Below are positions 27,904 through 39,255 of a DNA stretch of 64,000 bases, in pieces; position 1 is the stretch's first letter; the number at the start of each line of letters is the position of its first letter. A program made the translations under genes and the position numbers. Below the pieces are notes generated by a model. That model made no database searches. It saw only the letters and a program-made list of their open reading frames with translations, and was not told the origin of the DNA. This DNA comes from a bacterium (GTDB lineage: Bacteria > Bacillota > Clostridia > Oscillospirales > Oscillospiraceae), in NCBI GenBank assembly GCA_963632705.1, contig CAVGVB010000006.1, forward strand, positions 13,783-77,782. The letters are read 5' to 3'.

Positions 27904-28818
27904 ATGGAATATGTGCTTGAGACCAGCGGCTTGTGCAAGCGCTATCGTGGCTTCGCGGCGCTGAATGGACTGGATATGCATATCCCGAAGGGCGCGATCT
28001 ACGGCTTCGTGGGCAGAAACGGCGCGGGCAAGACCACGCTCATCCGCCTGATCTGCGGCCTGCAGGAGCCGACGGGCGGCAGCTTCACCCTGTACGGCGC
28101 GAGGAACACGGACGCAAAGATCGAACGCAGCCGCCGCAGAATGGGGGCGGTGGTGGAGACGCCGTCCATCTATATGGACATGACGGCGGAGGAAAATATC
28201 CGCCAGCAGTATCTGGTGCTGGGAATACCCTCTGAGGACGGCATCACGGAGCTGCTGCAGCTGGTGGGGCTGGACGGCACGGGGAGAAAGAAAGCGAAGA
28301 ATTTCTCCCTCGGTATGCGGCAGCGGCTGGGTATCGCTGTGGCGCTGGCGGGAAGTCCGGACTTTCTGGTGCTGGACGAGCCGGTCAACGGCCTTGACCC
28401 ACAGGGCATTATCGAAATGCGGGAGCTGATTTTGAAGCTCAACCGGGAGCGGGGCATCACGGTGCTGATCTCCAGCCACATTCTGGACGAGCTTGCAAGA
28501 CTTGCCACCCACTACGGCTTCATCGACGGAGGCCGCATGGTGAAGGAGATGAGCGCGGAGGCGCTGGAGGCGCACTGCCGCAAGTGTATCCGTATAGAGT
28601 CGGCCGGCAGCAGGGCGTTAGCCCGGGTGCTGGACCGCCTCGGCGTGGAATACCGCATCGTGGACGATACCAGGGCGGATGTTTTTGATGATGTGCAGGT
28701 CACCCGGCTGGCGGAGGAGGCGCGGAAGGAAAACTGCGTGATCTACAGCATAAAAGAGCGGGATGAGAGCCTTGAGAGCTTCTATATGAATCTAATCGGG
28801 GGTGCGCACCATGCTTAA
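27904..28818 (+). CDS. ABC transporter ATP-binding protein
   Basis: Walker A motif GRNGAGKTT, ABC signature FSLGMRQRL, Walker B motif FLVLDEP. Confidence 0.9.
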   Translation: MEYVLETSGLCKRYRGFAALNGLDMHIPKGAIYGFVGRNGAGKTTLIRLICGLQEPTGGSFTLYGARNTDAKIERSRRRMGAVVETPSIYMDMTAEENIRQQYLVLGIPSEDGITELLQLVGLDGTGRKKAKNFSLGMRQRLGIAVALAGSPDFLVLDEPVNGLDPQGIIEMRELILKLNRERGITVLISSHILDELARLATHYGFIDGGRMVKEMSAEALEAHCRKCIRIESAGSRALARVLDRLGVEYRIVDDTRADVFDDVQVTRLAEEARKENCVIYSIKERDESLESFYMNLIGGAHHA

Positions 28819-29620
28819 GCTGCTGCGAGCCGACTTCTTCTGCCTGCGCCGCAGCCGCCCGTTTTGGGTGTGCGCCGCGGCGGCGTTCGTTCTGTCCTCT
28901 GTGTATATGCTGCGGGCCAATGGGGACGGTATGCGGACGCTGGAGCAGCATCTGCTGCAGGTGTTCCCGTTTCTGCCTATACTGCACGCCGCGTTCGTCA
29001 GCCTCTTCCTGGGGCTGGAGTATCAGGACGGCACGCTGCGCAACAAGCTGATCGTGGGACATTCCCGGGAGCAGGTGTACCTGTCCCGGCTGCTGGTCAG
29101 CATCACCGGCTGCTTCGGTATCCTGCTGGCCTGGGCGCTGGGCGCTCTGGCGGGCATTGGCAAGCTCGGGTGATTTGCAGCGCCGGCTGGTACGCTGCTG
29201 CTCTCTGCCGCGGTGATCCTGCTGCTGACGGCGGCGGTGGCCGCGATCTTGACCATGCTGTGTATGCTGCTGACGAACCGGGCCGTCTCGGCGGTGACCG
29301 CGATACTCCTGATGTTCGGCCTGCTGGCGCTGGCCAGCGTCTTTTACAACGCGCTGTGCGAGCCGGAGATGGCCTCCGCCGCCATCATGACGGTGAACGG
29401 CTTCGAGGTGGGCGAGCCGACGCCCAACCCGGACTATGTCTCCGGCGCGCTGCGTACCGTGTATCAGTTCGCCGTGGACGCGCTGCCCACCGGGCAGGCC
29501 ATCCTGCTGGCCAATCAGGAACTGGAGCATCCGGCGGTCTCCCTTTCCGCCTCTGCCGGGTTGGTACTGCTGTGTACCGCGGTGGGCATGCTGGTGTTCC
29601 GCCGCAAGGATCTGAAGTGA
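28811..29620 (+). pseudogene. ABC-2-type permease interrupted by an in-frame TGA (29171-29173)
   Basis: The two track ORFs (28802-29173 and 29213-29620) share one frame. The read-through reads ...GIGKLG*FAAPAGTLLLSAAVILLL... inside a hydrophobic segment. The ATG at 28811 overlaps the end of the ATPase gene. Confidence 0.7.
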
Positions 29621-29630
29621 GGAGCTGCTT

Positions 29631-30539
29631 ATGGAGTTTCAGAGTATGGTTTTGATCTGTGTGCTTGCCTTCTGCGTTCTTGCGCTTCTGGTATACCTGC
29701 TTTCGCTGCGTCATTCCATCCGCGAGGCGGCGGAGGAGCTGGAGGAAAAGCTGCGGACGGACACCAATACCCTGATCTCCATATCCACCGGCGACAAAGC
29801 CGTGCGGGCGCTGGCCGCCCAGATCAACCGGCAGCTTCAGGCGCTCCGCAGGGAGCGCCTGCGGCTGCAGACCGGAAGCGACGAGCTGACGACGGCCGTC
29901 ACAAATATTTCCCACGATCTGCGTACGCCGCTGACGGCGATCTGCGGGTATCTGGACCTGTTGGAGCGAGAGCCGCAGTCCGAGAAGGCAGCGCGTTACC
30001 TCGCCATCCTCCGGGAGCGGACGGACGCTATGTGTGCGTTGACGGAGGAGTTGTTTCGTTATTCTGTCATCACCGCCACGGCGGATGTGCTGGACACGGA
30101 GGCCGTCTGCCTGAACGATATTCTGGAGCAGAGCCTTGCCGGAGCATACGGCGCATTGTCCGGCAGGGGCATCACACCGGAGGTGCGGATGACGGATGAG
30201 AAGGTCGTGCGGCAGCTGGACGCCGCCGCGCTGCGGCGCGTTTTCGACAACATTCTGAGCAACGTGGTCAAGTACTCGGACGGAGACCTGGCCGTCAGCC
30301 TGCTGCCGGACGGGTCGGTCACTTTTTCAAACAGCGCGCAGACCCTCAGCCGTGTGCAGGCGGAGCGTCTGTTCGACCGGTTTTATACGGTGGAAGCAGC
30401 CCGAAATTCCACGGGTCTGGGGCTGTCTATCGCCAGGCTGCTGGTCGAAAGGATGAACGGCACGATCACGGCGGACTATAAAGACGGAAAGCTGCGTATC
30501 TGCGTGTGCTTTCCGCAGCAGAACGAAGAAAACACATAA
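29631..30539 (+). CDS. sensor histidine kinase (intramembrane-sensing type)
   Basis: One N-terminal TM helix, the H-box ISHDLRTPLTAICGYLDLL, and an HATPase region (NILSNVVKYS...GLGLSIARLL). Confidence 0.9.
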   Translation: MEFQSMVLICVLAFCVLALLVYLLSLRHSIREAAEELEEKLRTDTNTLISISTGDKAVRALAAQINRQLQALRRERLRLQTGSDELTTAVTNISHDLRTPLTAICGYLDLLEREPQSEKAARYLAILRERTDAMCALTEELFRYSVITATADVLDTEAVCLNDILEQSLAGAYGALSGRGITPEVRMTDEKVVRQLDAAALRRVFDNILSNVVKYSDGDLAVSLLPDGSVTFSNSAQTLSRVQAERLFDRFYTVEAARNSTGLGLSIARLLVERMNGTITADYKDGKLRICVCFPQQNEENT

Positions 30540-30558
30540 GAACAAGGAGGATAAGACT

Positions 30559-30867
30559 ATGAAAAAATGTAAGTTTTTTGCGGTGGCGGCCGTTGCGGCG
30601 GCGCTGCTGATCGCTCTGACTGCCTGTAAAAAGACGCGGGATGTGAACCAGCCCGAACCGGAGGATGTTCCCGCGGGGCAGACGGAGACGTCTGCGGGTG
30701 ACGACTGGAAGGCGGCGTTTGAGAAGAGCCTGCTGGAGAACTACGGCGTCACACCGGACCACTATGAGGACCTGGGCGACGGCATCTATCAGGTCTATGT
30801 GGAGAAGGACGGCAAGATCATCCCCTTTGTGGCCGTAGACTCCGCGACAGGGGATTATCACGGATAA
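30559..30867 (+). CDS. small lipoprotein
   Basis: 102 aa with the lipobox ...LLIALTAC. Confidence 0.7.
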   Translation: MKKCKFFAVAAVAAALLIALTACKKTRDVNQPEPEDVPAGQTETSAGDDWKAAFEKSLLENYGVTPDHYEDLGDGIYQVYVEKDGKIIPFVAVDSATGDYHG

Positions 30868-30879
30868 GAGAATGCCTGT

Positions 30880-30917
30880 AAATCAAAACCTCCGGCTAAG
30901 CCGGAGGTTTTGATTTC
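30880..30917. terminator. bidirectional intrinsic terminator
   Basis: aaatcaaaacctccgg-ctaag-ccggaggttttgattt, lying between convergent genes. Confidence 0.85.
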
Positions 30918-30946
30918 TATGGATCATGCCGATAGAGACCCGCAGG

Positions 30947-31804
30947 TCAGCCCTTGACGCTGCCCAGGGATACGCCCTCTACGATGTAGCGGGACAGGAG
31001 GAAATACATGACGAACATGGGCAGGATGGTGATGGACAGGGCCAGGAAGATCACGCCGTAATCGGCGCGGAAGGATTCGCCCATCAGCATCTGCACGAAC
31101 ATGGTCAGCGTTTTCTTGCCGGTGGAGTTGATGATCAGGCTGGGCAGGAACAGGCTGTTCCAGTTGGCCACGAACTGGAAAATGGCCTGCACCGCCAGGG
31201 CCGGCTTCATGATGGGCAGGACGATGGTGTTGAAGGTGTGGAACTCGCCCGAGCCGTCGATGCGGGCGGCCTCCACCACCTCCAGGGGCAGCGCGCCCAA
31301 CAGGTACTGCCGCAGGAAGAACACCACCACCGGTGTGGTGATGGCCGGGATGATCAGCGGCCAGTAGGTGTCGATCAGCCTCAGCTGGATCATGAATTTA
31401 TAATAGCCGATGGCGAACACCTGGGTGGGTACCATCATCACCGCCAGAATGAAGCCCCATGCGGCCTTTTTCAGCTTGAAGTCGTAGGCGTGGATGCCGT
31501 AGGCCGTCAGCGCGGAGAAATAGACCGACAGCGCTGTGGCCGGTATCGTCACCAGAAGGGAATTGACCATGCTGCCCAGGGCGGTAACGCCCAGGCCGCG
31601 CTGCTTCAGATCGAAGTTGCGAAGGTTTTCCAGCAGGTTGCTGCCGAACCAGAAGCTGATGCCGGACTTGACCTCGTTGGAGGTGCGGGTGCCGTTGACG
31701 AACATCAGATAAAAGGGAAGCAGACTGATGATGCACAGGAGCACCATCACGATGGTGCGGATGATCTTGGCGCGCCGGATGGCGGCGGGGTCGTGGTGCT
31801 TCAC
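30947..31804 (-). CDS. carbohydrate ABC transporter permease
   Basis: 285 aa MalG/BPD_transp_1-type membrane protein. Overlaps the upstream permease by 4 nt. Confidence 0.9.
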   Translation of the reverse strand: MKHHDPAAIRRAKIIRTIVMVLLCIISLLPFYLMFVNGTRTSNEVKSGISFWFGSNLLENLRNFDLKQRGLGVTALGSMVNSLLVTIPATALSVYFSALTAYGIHAYDFKLKKAAWGFILAVMMVPTQVFAIGYYKFMIQLRLIDTYWPLIIPAITTPVVVFFLRQYLLGALPLEVVEAARIDGSGEFHTFNTIVLPIMKPALAVQAIFQFVANWNSLFLPSLIINSTGKKTLTMFVQMLMGESFRADYGVIFLALSITILPMFVMYFLLSRYIVEGVSLGSVKG

Positions 31805-32769
31805 TGTGCGTCACCTCCTGCCTGGATGTGCTTTTTGCGGGGCTGCCGCTCCTTCATGAAGAAGAACAGCAGCATGGAGATGGCCACCGTGACCAGGAAC
31901 AGCAGAATGGACACCGCTGCGGCGCGGCCGGTATCCGTGCTGTGCAGACGCATGATGTACATGGTAACGGTGGTGCTGGTGTCGTCGGGATAGCCGATAG
32001 TGCCGCCGTTGGTGTTGAACAGCGCAGGAATGTCGTACAGCTGCAATCCACCGATGGCGGAGGTGACCAGCGTGTACAGCAGCACCGGCTTCAGCAGCGG
32101 CAGCGTGATGCGGATGAACTTCTGCCACGAGGCAGCGCCGTCGATGTCGGCGGCCTCGTACAGGGACTTGTTGATGCCCATCATGCCGGAGATCAGGATC
32201 AGGGACGTGTTGCCGTACCACATCCAGAACAGGATGAAGGAGATGGTCAGGCTGGTGGCCCACTTGTCGGACATGATGTTGGCCGTCTGCGCCACCCAGC
32301 CCAGCTTACGCAGCGTGGTCATCACCGGGCCGTACTGGCACAGCAGCGCATAGAACACCATGGAAACGGAGGCGGCCGTGATGATGTTGGGCATATAGGT
32401 CAGCACCTTGAACACGCCTTTGCCCTTCAGCTCCACGCGGTTGTCGGTCAGCCATGCGGCCACCAGCAAGCTCATCAGGATCTGCGGCACAAAGTTGCAG
32501 ATCCAGATCCGCACGGTGTTGCCCAGGTAGAGGAGGAAGTTGGCCTTCTCTCCTTCCACCAGTCCCAGTATCTTGCCGTAGCTTTCCAATCCCGCGAACC
32601 GGGAGGTCTCCACAAGATTACGGGTGGTGTATTCAAACAGGCTGTAATAAAACGTGCTCAGCAGCGGCCACAGGGAGAACACCAGGTATACCAGAAAGAA
32701 CGGCAGGATGAACCGATAGCCGTATTTGCTGTAGCTGATGCCCCTGCGCTTTTGTCTCGGTACGCGCAT
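31801..32769 (-). CDS. carbohydrate ABC transporter permease
   Basis: 322 aa, MalF-like, containing the EAA-loop-like EAADIDGAS. Confidence 0.9.
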   Translation of the reverse strand: MRVPRQKRRGISYSKYGYRFILPFFLVYLVFSLWPLLSTFYYSLFEYTTRNLVETSRFAGLESYGKILGLVEGEKANFLLYLGNTVRIWICNFVPQILMSLLVAAWLTDNRVELKGKGVFKVLTYMPNIITAASVSMVFYALLCQYGPVMTTLRKLGWVAQTANIMSDKWATSLTISFILFWMWYGNTSLILISGMMGINKSLYEAADIDGAASWQKFIRITLPLLKPVLLYTLVTSAIGGLQLYDIPALFNTNGGTIGYPDDTSTTVTMYIMRLHSTDTGRAAAVSILLFLVTVAISMLLFFFMKERQPRKKHIQAGGDAQ

Positions 32770-32845
32770 GGCGGGCCTCCTTTCGGGAAATGGCCGCAGG
32801 ACTCCCTCCCCCCACCGGGGGAGGGAGTCCTGTCGGAAAGTTGCC

Positions 32846-34168
32846 TTACTTGACGTTCAGATAGGAATACTTGTCGTGGATGGAGGCGGCGAAATCGGAC
32901 AGGGCGGCGTCCAGATCGCCGTTGGCGATGTACTGATCCACAGCGGCGGGCAGCAGCTGCTCGCAGATGACCTGATCCTCGCCCACGGCCAGCACGTTGA
33001 TGCCGTCGCACTTATCAGCGAAGAAGCCGATGATGTCCTGACCGCCGGCGGTCTTGTAGGTGCTGGTAGTGCCGGAGCCGTTGGCCTTGATGTAGTCGAT
33101 GGCGGCCTTGTTGTTCACATAGTCGCCGTTGGCGGTGTTGATGTCCACCATAGAGTCGGTGTTGCAGGTGGTGTAGTAGATGATCTGGCGGGCCAGCTCC
33201 TTATCAGAGCAGTTGGCGGTGGCAGCCAGGCCAGTGCCGCCCCAGTAGAAGGCCTGGGGGCCCTGGATCAGCACGGAGTTGTCGGACCAGGTGTCGGTCA
33301 GGCACCAATAGGTGTACCAGGGGCAGCCGGTAAAGGCGATGCAGGCTTCCGTCTCCTCACCGTCGCCGTCCTTCAGCGCGGCCCAGTCTGTGCTCCACAT
33401 CTTGGTGTCGAAGGTCAGACCCTCCAGCTTCTTGCTCAGCTCGAAATAGGTCTTGACGGCGTCGTCGATGACGATGTTGTCGTCGGCGTCATACCACGCG
33501 GAGGTGCGGGCGCCGTTGCAGAACACGTACTTCAGGTCGTCCGCGCCGCTGAGCAGCTTCACCTTGCCGCCGCTCTGCTCGTTGACGGACTGAGAGACCT
33601 CAATGACCTTATCCCAGGTGCTCAGCTTTTCCTGCAGCTCGGCGGGATCGGTAGTGCCCAGATACTTCTCGGCCAGGTCGGTGCGGATCTGCCAGCAGCC
33701 GGGGGTGGCCTGCCAGAACAGGGCGTAGGCATCGCCGTTGGCGTCGCTGCCCAGCTTCAGGTTGTAGTCATACATATTGGACATATCATCGGCGGTGATG
33801 CCCAGGTCGGCGGCCTTCATCAGCTGGCCGGACTGAACGTACTTCTGCACATAGCCCACCTCCAGCAGCATGATGTCGGGATACTGCTCGTTGCTGGGAT
33901 CGGCCAGGATGGCGTCGATCTTGTCCTGATAGATATTGGAGTCGCCCACATTGACGATCTGGATGCGGGCGACGTCATCGGCGCTCAGATACTTGGGCAG
34001 CACCTCGTCCAGGATCTTCTGATAGTCGGTGTTCCACGTCCAGATATAGAACGGGTCGGTGCTGACGGGCTCGGCATCCTTGTTGGCATCGGGCTGCTCG
34101 GTCTTGCCGCAGGCCACAAGGCTCAGCGCCATGACCAGCGCCAGCAGCATGGTCAAGAACTTCTTCAT
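32846..34168 (-). CDS. ABC transporter sugar-binding lipoprotein
   Basis: 440 aa with the lipobox MKKFLTMLLALVMALSLVAC. Confidence 0.85.
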   Translation of the reverse strand: MKKFLTMLLALVMALSLVACGKTEQPDANKDAEPVSTDPFYIWTWNTDYQKILDEVLPKYLSADDVARIQIVNVGDSNIYQDKIDAILADPSNEQYPDIMLLEVGYVQKYVQSGQLMKAADLGITADDMSNMYDYNLKLGSDANGDAYALFWQATPGCWQIRTDLAEKYLGTTDPAELQEKLSTWDKVIEVSQSVNEQSGGKVKLLSGADDLKYVFCNGARTSAWYDADDNIVIDDAVKTYFELSKKLEGLTFDTKMWSTDWAALKDGDGEETEACIAFTGCPWYTYWCLTDTWSDNSVLIQGPQAFYWGGTGLAATANCSDKELARQIIYYTTCNTDSMVDINTANGDYVNNKAAIDYIKANGSGTTSTYKTAGGQDIIGFFADKCDGINVLAVGEDQVICEQLLPAAVDQYIANGDLDAALSDFAASIHDKYSYLNVK

Positions 34169-34227
34169 AGTTTCTCCTCCTTAAATTTGTGTGATATACA
34201 TACTGCGCGGCGTGCGCAGGTATCACC

Positions 34228-35244
34228 TTATTCGGTGCGGGGCGGGGCTATCGTTCCGCCGGGCAGCAGCGCGCCGGAGACGATGGTACGATCCATGACA
34301 GTGGTGCGGGGCTTTTCGATCAGCTCAATGAGCCGTGCGGCAGCCGTCCTGCCCAGCGCCGATGTGTCCTGCCGGTAGGTGGTCAGCCGGGGGCTCATGG
34401 TCTGGGAGAGATAGATGCCGTCGTACCCCGCCACGGAGATGTCGTCGGGAACGCGCAGACCGGCGGCGGCGATGGTGTTCAGCCCGCCGATGGCGGAAAA
34501 ATCATCGGGAAACAGGATGCAGGTGGGCGGATGGGGCAGCGCCAGCAGCGCCGCCGTTTCCTGGGCGCAGCGCTCCGGGTCGTGATAGCGCCCGGCCCGT
34601 ATGTAGTCCGGCTCTGCCTCCAGTCCCAGCGATTCCAGCGCCCGGTAATAGGAGGTCAGGCGGTTTTGGGTAACGGCGGTGTCCTCGCCGTGGATGAAGG
34701 CGATACGGCGGTGGCCGGCCTCGTACACGTGGCGCACCAGCGCCTCTGTGCCGCGGAGGTTGTCGGAGGTCACGGCCAGGCGATTGTTGAACACATGGTC
34801 GATGGTCACCAGCGGCAGCCCGCTGTCCACCAGCTCCTGCACCTGGGGATGGGTGAAGTCCACACAGGCGATGACGACGCCGTCCAGCCCGCGGTAGCGG
34901 CAGTGCTGCAGATAGGTAGTGGGCTTGCCGCCCACGTTGTGGTTAAGAAAGGTGATGTCGTAGCCGTGGGCCTCTGCCTCGGCCTTGAAGCTCTCCAGCA
35001 CGGCGGAGAAATACTCGTGGGCCAGTCCGCTGTGCCGCTCGTCCACGAACAGCACGCCCAGATTATAGGTGCGGTTGGTTTTCAGAGCCCGGGCAGCGGA
35101 GTTGGTCATATAGCCCATTTTCTCCGCAACGGTGCAGATACGGCGGCGGGTGTCCTCTCCGATGTCCTGCTGGCCGTTCAGCGCTTTGCTGACGGTGGCC
35201 ACGGACACACCGCAGCGCTGGGCGATGTCCTTCATGGATACCAT
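34228..35244 (-). CDS. LacI-family transcriptional regulator
   Basis: AGGAGG, then the ATG at 35244. The HTH is [24 protein letters not shown]. The longer track ORF (to 35352) has no RBS. Confidence 0.9.
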   Translation of the reverse strand: MVSMKDIAQRCGVSVATVSKALNGQQDIGEDTRRRICTVAEKMGYMTNSAARALKTNRTYNLGVLFVDERHSGLAHEYFSAVLESFKAEAEAHGYDITFLNHNVGGKPTTYLQHCRYRGLDGVVIACVDFTHPQVQELVDSGLPLVTIDHVFNNRLAVTSDNLRGTEALVRHVYEAGHRRIAFIHGEDTAVTQNRLTSYYRALESLGLEAEPDYIRAGRYHDPERCAQETAALLALPHPPTCILFPDDFSAIGGLNTIAAAGLRVPDDISVAGYDGIYLSQTMSPRLTTYRQDTSALGRTAAARLIELIEKPRTTVMDRTIVSGALLPGGTIAPPRTE

Positions 35245-35267
35245 GCGTGCCCTCCTTGTCTGCGTTT

Positions 35268-35537
35268 CACTTAATCGTTTTCGATTTCTACAATATCCTA
35301 TTGCGGGGGGAAATGCAATATCAGATTGGCAAAAATAAGCAATTTTGTACATTCACACGATTGCGGCGGCGAAAATTTGTACACTTTTGCAGCGAAAACG
35401 TACTTAACAAAGGAATACGCATTATAATTTGCTATTTTTATGAAAAAACAACAAAAACATCTTGCTTTTTGCCCGGGAATACGATACTCTTTTTCTGTGA
35501 ACTATGCCCTATCCGTTTCTTAATCGTTTTCGCATTA
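35268..35537. promoter_or_regulatory. three copies of a CTTAATCGTTTTCG-type motif (candidate LacI operators)
   Basis: Copies at 35268-35287 and 35518-35537 (same orientation) and at 35392-35407 (inverted), all in the lacI/GH94 divergent intergenic region. Confidence 0.4.
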
Positions 35538-35579
35538 TTGGCTCCGGTGCTGTACCGAGAGCGAAAGGAGACGCTTTTT

Positions 35580-38015
35580 ATGCGCTTTGGCCACTTCGAC
35601 GACGCAAGACGTGAATACGTGATCGAGACGCCCCGCACCCCGCTGCCGTGGATCAACTATCTGGGCAGCGAGGACTTCTTCACGCTGGTTTCCAACACGG
35701 CGGGAGGCTACGCCTTTTACCGGGACGCCCGTCTCCGCCGCCTGACTCGCTACCGCTACAACAACTGCCCGCTGGACAGCGACGGTTTCCATGTATACAT
35801 CAAGGACGGCGACACTGTGTGGAATCCCGGCTGGCAGCCCACGCAGACAGAGCTGGATGATTACGAATGCCGCCATGGGCTGGGCTATACCGTCATCCGG
35901 GGCGTCAAAAACGGCGTGGCCGTCCGGCAGGAGATGCTGGTGCCCAAGGGTGACAACTGCCTGCTGCTCCGTTTGACCGTCACCAATGAGAGCGATGCGA
36001 AGCGCACCGTCTCCCTTTTCCCCTATGTGGAGTTCTGCCTGTGGGACGCCATGGACGACAGCTCCAATTTCCAGCGGAACTTCTCCATCGGCGAGGTGGA
36101 GTTGGAGTCCAACGCCATCTATCACAAGACCGAGTACCGGGAGAGGCGGGATCACTACGCCGTTCTGTGGGCCGACCGGCCTTATGACGGCTTTGATACC
36201 AGCCGGGACGCTTTTATGGGGGTCTACGGTGGGCCGTCCATGCCGCAGGCAGTGAAGGACGGCGCGTGTACCGGCAGCGTGGCCCACGGCTGGGCACCGG
36301 TAGGTGCTATGCAGTTCACCCTGTCCCTGGCCGCCGGTGCGTCCCAGTCGCTGCTGCTGGGGCTGGGCTATATTGAAAATCCGGAGGAGGCCAAGTGGGC
36401 CGCCCCCGGCGTTATCAACAAGGAAAAGGCCCACGCCATGATGGAGCGTTACCGCTCCGGCGCAGCCTTTGATGAGGCGCTCTCCGTCCTGTGGGATCAC
36501 TGGAGCGGCCTGCTGAGCGGCTATCGTGTCTCCACCGGCGATGAAAAGCTGGATCGCATGGTGAATATCTGGAATCAGTACCAGTGCATGGTCACATTCA
36601 ACATGAGCCGCTCCGCCAGCTATTTTGAAAGCGGCATGGGCCGGGGCATGGGCTTCCGGGATTCCTGCCAGGATCTGCTGGGCTTTGTCCACATGATCCC
36701 CCAACGGGCAAGAGAGCGTATTCTGGACATCGCCGCCACCCAGTTCCCCGACGGCAGCGCCTATCACCAGTACCAGCCCCTGACCAAGAAGGGCAATCTG
36801 GCGGTGGGCAGCGGCTTCAATGACGACCCGCTGTGGCTCATCGCCGGAACGGACGCTTACCTCCGGGAAACGGGGGACTGGAGCATTCTGGACGAACCAG
36901 TGCCCTTTGACACACAGCCCGGCACGGAGCAGCCGCTGCTGGAGCATCTGCGCCGCAGCTTCCGCTATACCGCGGAGCACTTAGGCCCTCACGGTCTGCC
37001 GCTGATCGGCCGCGCCGACTGGAACGACTGCCTGAACCTGAACTGCTTCTCCGCCCATCCCGGCGAGAGCTTCCAAACCACCGGCCCAAGCGAAGGACCT
37101 GTGGCCGAGAGCGTATTCATCGCCGGTATGTTCGTGAAATATGGCCGTGCATGGGCGGATATATGCCGTCATCTGAGCATGACAGACGAAGCGGAGGACG
37201 CGGAGACCTCCATCGCCGCCGTGGAGCGCGCCGTGCTGGATGCCGGATGGGACGGCGAGTGGTTCCGCCGCGCCTACGATGCCTTCGGTCAGCCTGTGGG
37301 CAGCCAAAGCTGCGAGGAGGGTCAAATTTTCATCGAGCCCCAGGGGATGTGCGTCATGGCGGGCATCGGCGCTGCCACCGGCCAGGCGGCCCAGGCACTG
37401 AAGAGCGTGGAGCGGTATCTGGACACCCAATACGGTATCGTTCTGCTGCACCCGGCCTACACCCGGTATCATCTGGAGCTGGGTGAGATCACCAGCTATC
37501 CCCCCGGCTATAAGGAAAATGCCGGTATCTTCTGCCACAATAACCCGTGGATCACCTGCGCCGAGACGGTGCTGGGACACGGCGCGCGGGCGTTTGAGGT
37601 CTATCGCAAGACCTGCCCGGCCTATATCGAGGACATCAGCGAGATCCACCGCACCGAGCCGTATGTGTACAGTCAGATGGTGGCCGGCAAGGACGCGCCT
37701 ACCTTCGGTGAGGGCAAGAACAGTTGGCTCACCGGCACGGCGGCGTGGACGTTCGTCAGCATTTCTCAGGCCATTCTGGGCATACAGCCCACGCTGGAGG
37801 GCCTTGCCATCGACCCCTGTATTCCCGCGGAATGGGCAGGCTTCACCGTGGATCGCCGCTATCGCGGCGCAGTCTATCACATCACCGTGGAGAATGCCCG
37901 CCATGCAGAAAAAGGCATCGTCTCCCTCACCGTGAACGGAACGCCGGTCACCGGAAACGTGCTGCCGCTGGCCGCGCCCGGCACAGAGGTGCGGGTACAC
38001 GCCGTTATGGGCTGA
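35580..38015 (+). CDS. GH94 cellobiose/chitobiose phosphorylase
   Basis: AAGGAG, then the ATG at 35580. [29 protein letters not shown]... 811 aa, the typical family length. The track ORF start at 35247 is an upstream extension. Confidence 0.85.
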   Translation: MRFGHFDDARREYVIETPRTPLPWINYLGSEDFFTLVSNTAGGYAFYRDARLRRLTRYRYNNCPLDSDGFHVYIKDGDTVWNPGWQPTQTELDDYECRHGLGYTVIRGVKNGVAVRQEMLVPKGDNCLLLRLTVTNESDAKRTVSLFPYVEFCLWDAMDDSSNFQRNFSIGEVELESNAIYHKTEYRERRDHYAVLWADRPYDGFDTSRDAFMGVYGGPSMPQAVKDGACTGSVAHGWAPVGAMQFTLSLAAGASQSLLLGLGYIENPEEAKWAAPGVINKEKAHAMMERYRSGAAFDEALSVLWDHWSGLLSGYRVSTGDEKLDRMVNIWNQYQCMVTFNMSRSASYFESGMGRGMGFRDSCQDLLGFVHMIPQRARERILDIAATQFPDGSAYHQYQPLTKKGNLAVGSGFNDDPLWLIAGTDAYLRETGDWSILDEPVPFDTQPGTEQPLLEHLRRSFRYTAEHLGPHGLPLIGRADWNDCLNLNCFSAHPGESFQTTGPSEGPVAESVFIAGMFVKYGRAWADICRHLSMTDEAEDAETSIAAVERAVLDAGWDGEWFRRAYDAFGQPVGSQSCEEGQIFIEPQGMCVMAGIGAATGQAAQALKSVERYLDTQYGIVLLHPAYTRYHLELGEITSYPPGYKENAGIFCHNNPWITCAETVLGHGARAFEVYRKTCPAYIEDISEIHRTEPYVYSQMVAGKDAPTFGEGKNSWLTGTAAWTFVSISQAILGIQPTLEGLAIDPCIPAEWAGFTVDRRYRGAVYHITVENARHAEKGIVSLTVNGTPVTGNVLPLAAPGTEVRVHAVMG

Positions 38016-38026
38016 AAATAAGAGTG

Positions 38027-38058
38027 CGACCCCCGCGCAGAGTACTGCGCGGGGGTCG
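38027..38058. terminator. bidirectional terminator
   Basis: cgacccccgcgcag-agta-ctgcgcgggggtcg, between convergent genes. Confidence 0.8.
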
Positions 38059-38063
38059 TATCG

Positions 38064-39071
38064 TTATTTTGAGAAGGTGTACACCGTGCAGTGGCGGTAT
38101 ACTTCGCCTTTCCGCAGCAGCGGCTGTGGGAAGTCCGGGTGGTGTATCGCGTCCGGCGGAAACTGCGGCTCCAGACACACGGCGCAGCGGGGTTCGTAGA
38201 CCGCGCCGTCCTTTCCGCTCCGTTGGGACAGCCAGTTGGCGGTATACAGCTGCACGCCGGGGGAGGTGGTGTCCACCGCCATGGTGATGCCGCTCCTGTT
38301 ACCCCGCAGCACTGCCGCCCGGCGGAGGCCGCCGCCGTCCACACAGAAATGATGGTCGTAGCCGTTCACCAGCCGCAGCTGCTCCGCCGGGGCGTCGATG
38401 TCCCGCCCGACAGGCTTGGCGGTGCGGAAGTCAAAGGGCGTTCCGGCCACCGGCAGCGCCCGTCCTGTGGGCAGGCAGCCCGGCGAGGTCTCCAGATACG
38501 TCTCCGCCGCCAGCGTCAGGGTGTGCCCCATAGCCGTACCGCCGCCGTTCAGGTTGAAATAACTGTGGTTGGTAAGGCTGCACAAGGTGTCGGCATCACT
38601 CTCAGCCTCGTACTCTATCCGCAGCGACGCGCCGTCCAGCCGGTACGTTACCGACACATTCAGTGCGCCGGGATAGCCTTCCTCACCATCGGGCGACAGG
38701 CGGCGCAGGCGCACGCCGTCTGGCAGTGATTCCGCTGTCCAGATACGCTTGTCAAAGCCCTGTACGCCGCCGTGGAGGTGGTTCTCTCCGTCGTTTTTCG
38801 CCAGCGGGTACGTCTTGCCATTCAGGGTGAAGGATGCCCCGCCGATGCGGTTGCACACGCGGCCCACCGTCGCGCCCAGGCAACCGTCGTTCCTCTCGTA
38901 TTCCGACAATGTGTCGTACCCCAGCACCACGTCCACGCCGCCGAACACCAGCCGCCGCAGCGTTGCGCCGTAGGTAAGCACCTCCGCCGTCAGAAACTCA
39001 TTTTTCAGCGTCCAGATCTCCACGCTCTCACCGAGCGCTGTTATGCCGAAAGTCTGACATATCTCCCTCAT
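38064..39071 (-). CDS. galM: aldose 1-epimerase (galactose mutarotase)
   Basis: 335 aa with family-typical GATVGRVCNRI...NHLHGG motifs. Confidence 0.85.
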   Translation of the reverse strand: MREICQTFGITALGESVEIWTLKNEFLTAEVLTYGATLRRLVFGGVDVVLGYDTLSEYERNDGCLGATVGRVCNRIGGASFTLNGKTYPLAKNDGENHLHGGVQGFDKRIWTAESLPDGVRLRRLSPDGEEGYPGALNVSVTYRLDGASLRIEYEAESDADTLCSLTNHSYFNLNGGGTAMGHTLTLAAETYLETSPGCLPTGRALPVAGTPFDFRTAKPVGRDIDAPAEQLRLVNGYDHHFCVDGGGLRRAAVLRGNRSGITMAVDTTSPGVQLYTANWLSQRSGKDGAVYEPRCAVCLEPQFPPDAIHHPDFPQPLLRKGEVYRHCTVYTFSK

Positions 39072-39255
39072 CCGTGCTGCCTCCTCTCCACAGGTGTGTT
39101 TCAGCTTTTCGCCCTTAGTATAGTCTGCATTTTGCTAAAAAGCAAGGACGATGCGCATAAAGGCAGTTGGTGCTGTCCCTGACATCAACCGGCTCTTTTC
39201 CTTCTCAGAACGATTTAGCCATACGGCTTTCGATCCCCGTGTGATAATGACTGTT

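Noticed and set aside
29171-29173. The in-frame TGA read as selenocysteine, tempting because ygfK/ssnA hint at selenium metabolism
   Set aside because: The position is in a membrane-helix context of a transporter permease, no SECIS-like hairpin follows immediately, and TGA is used as an ordinary stop by neighbouring genes.
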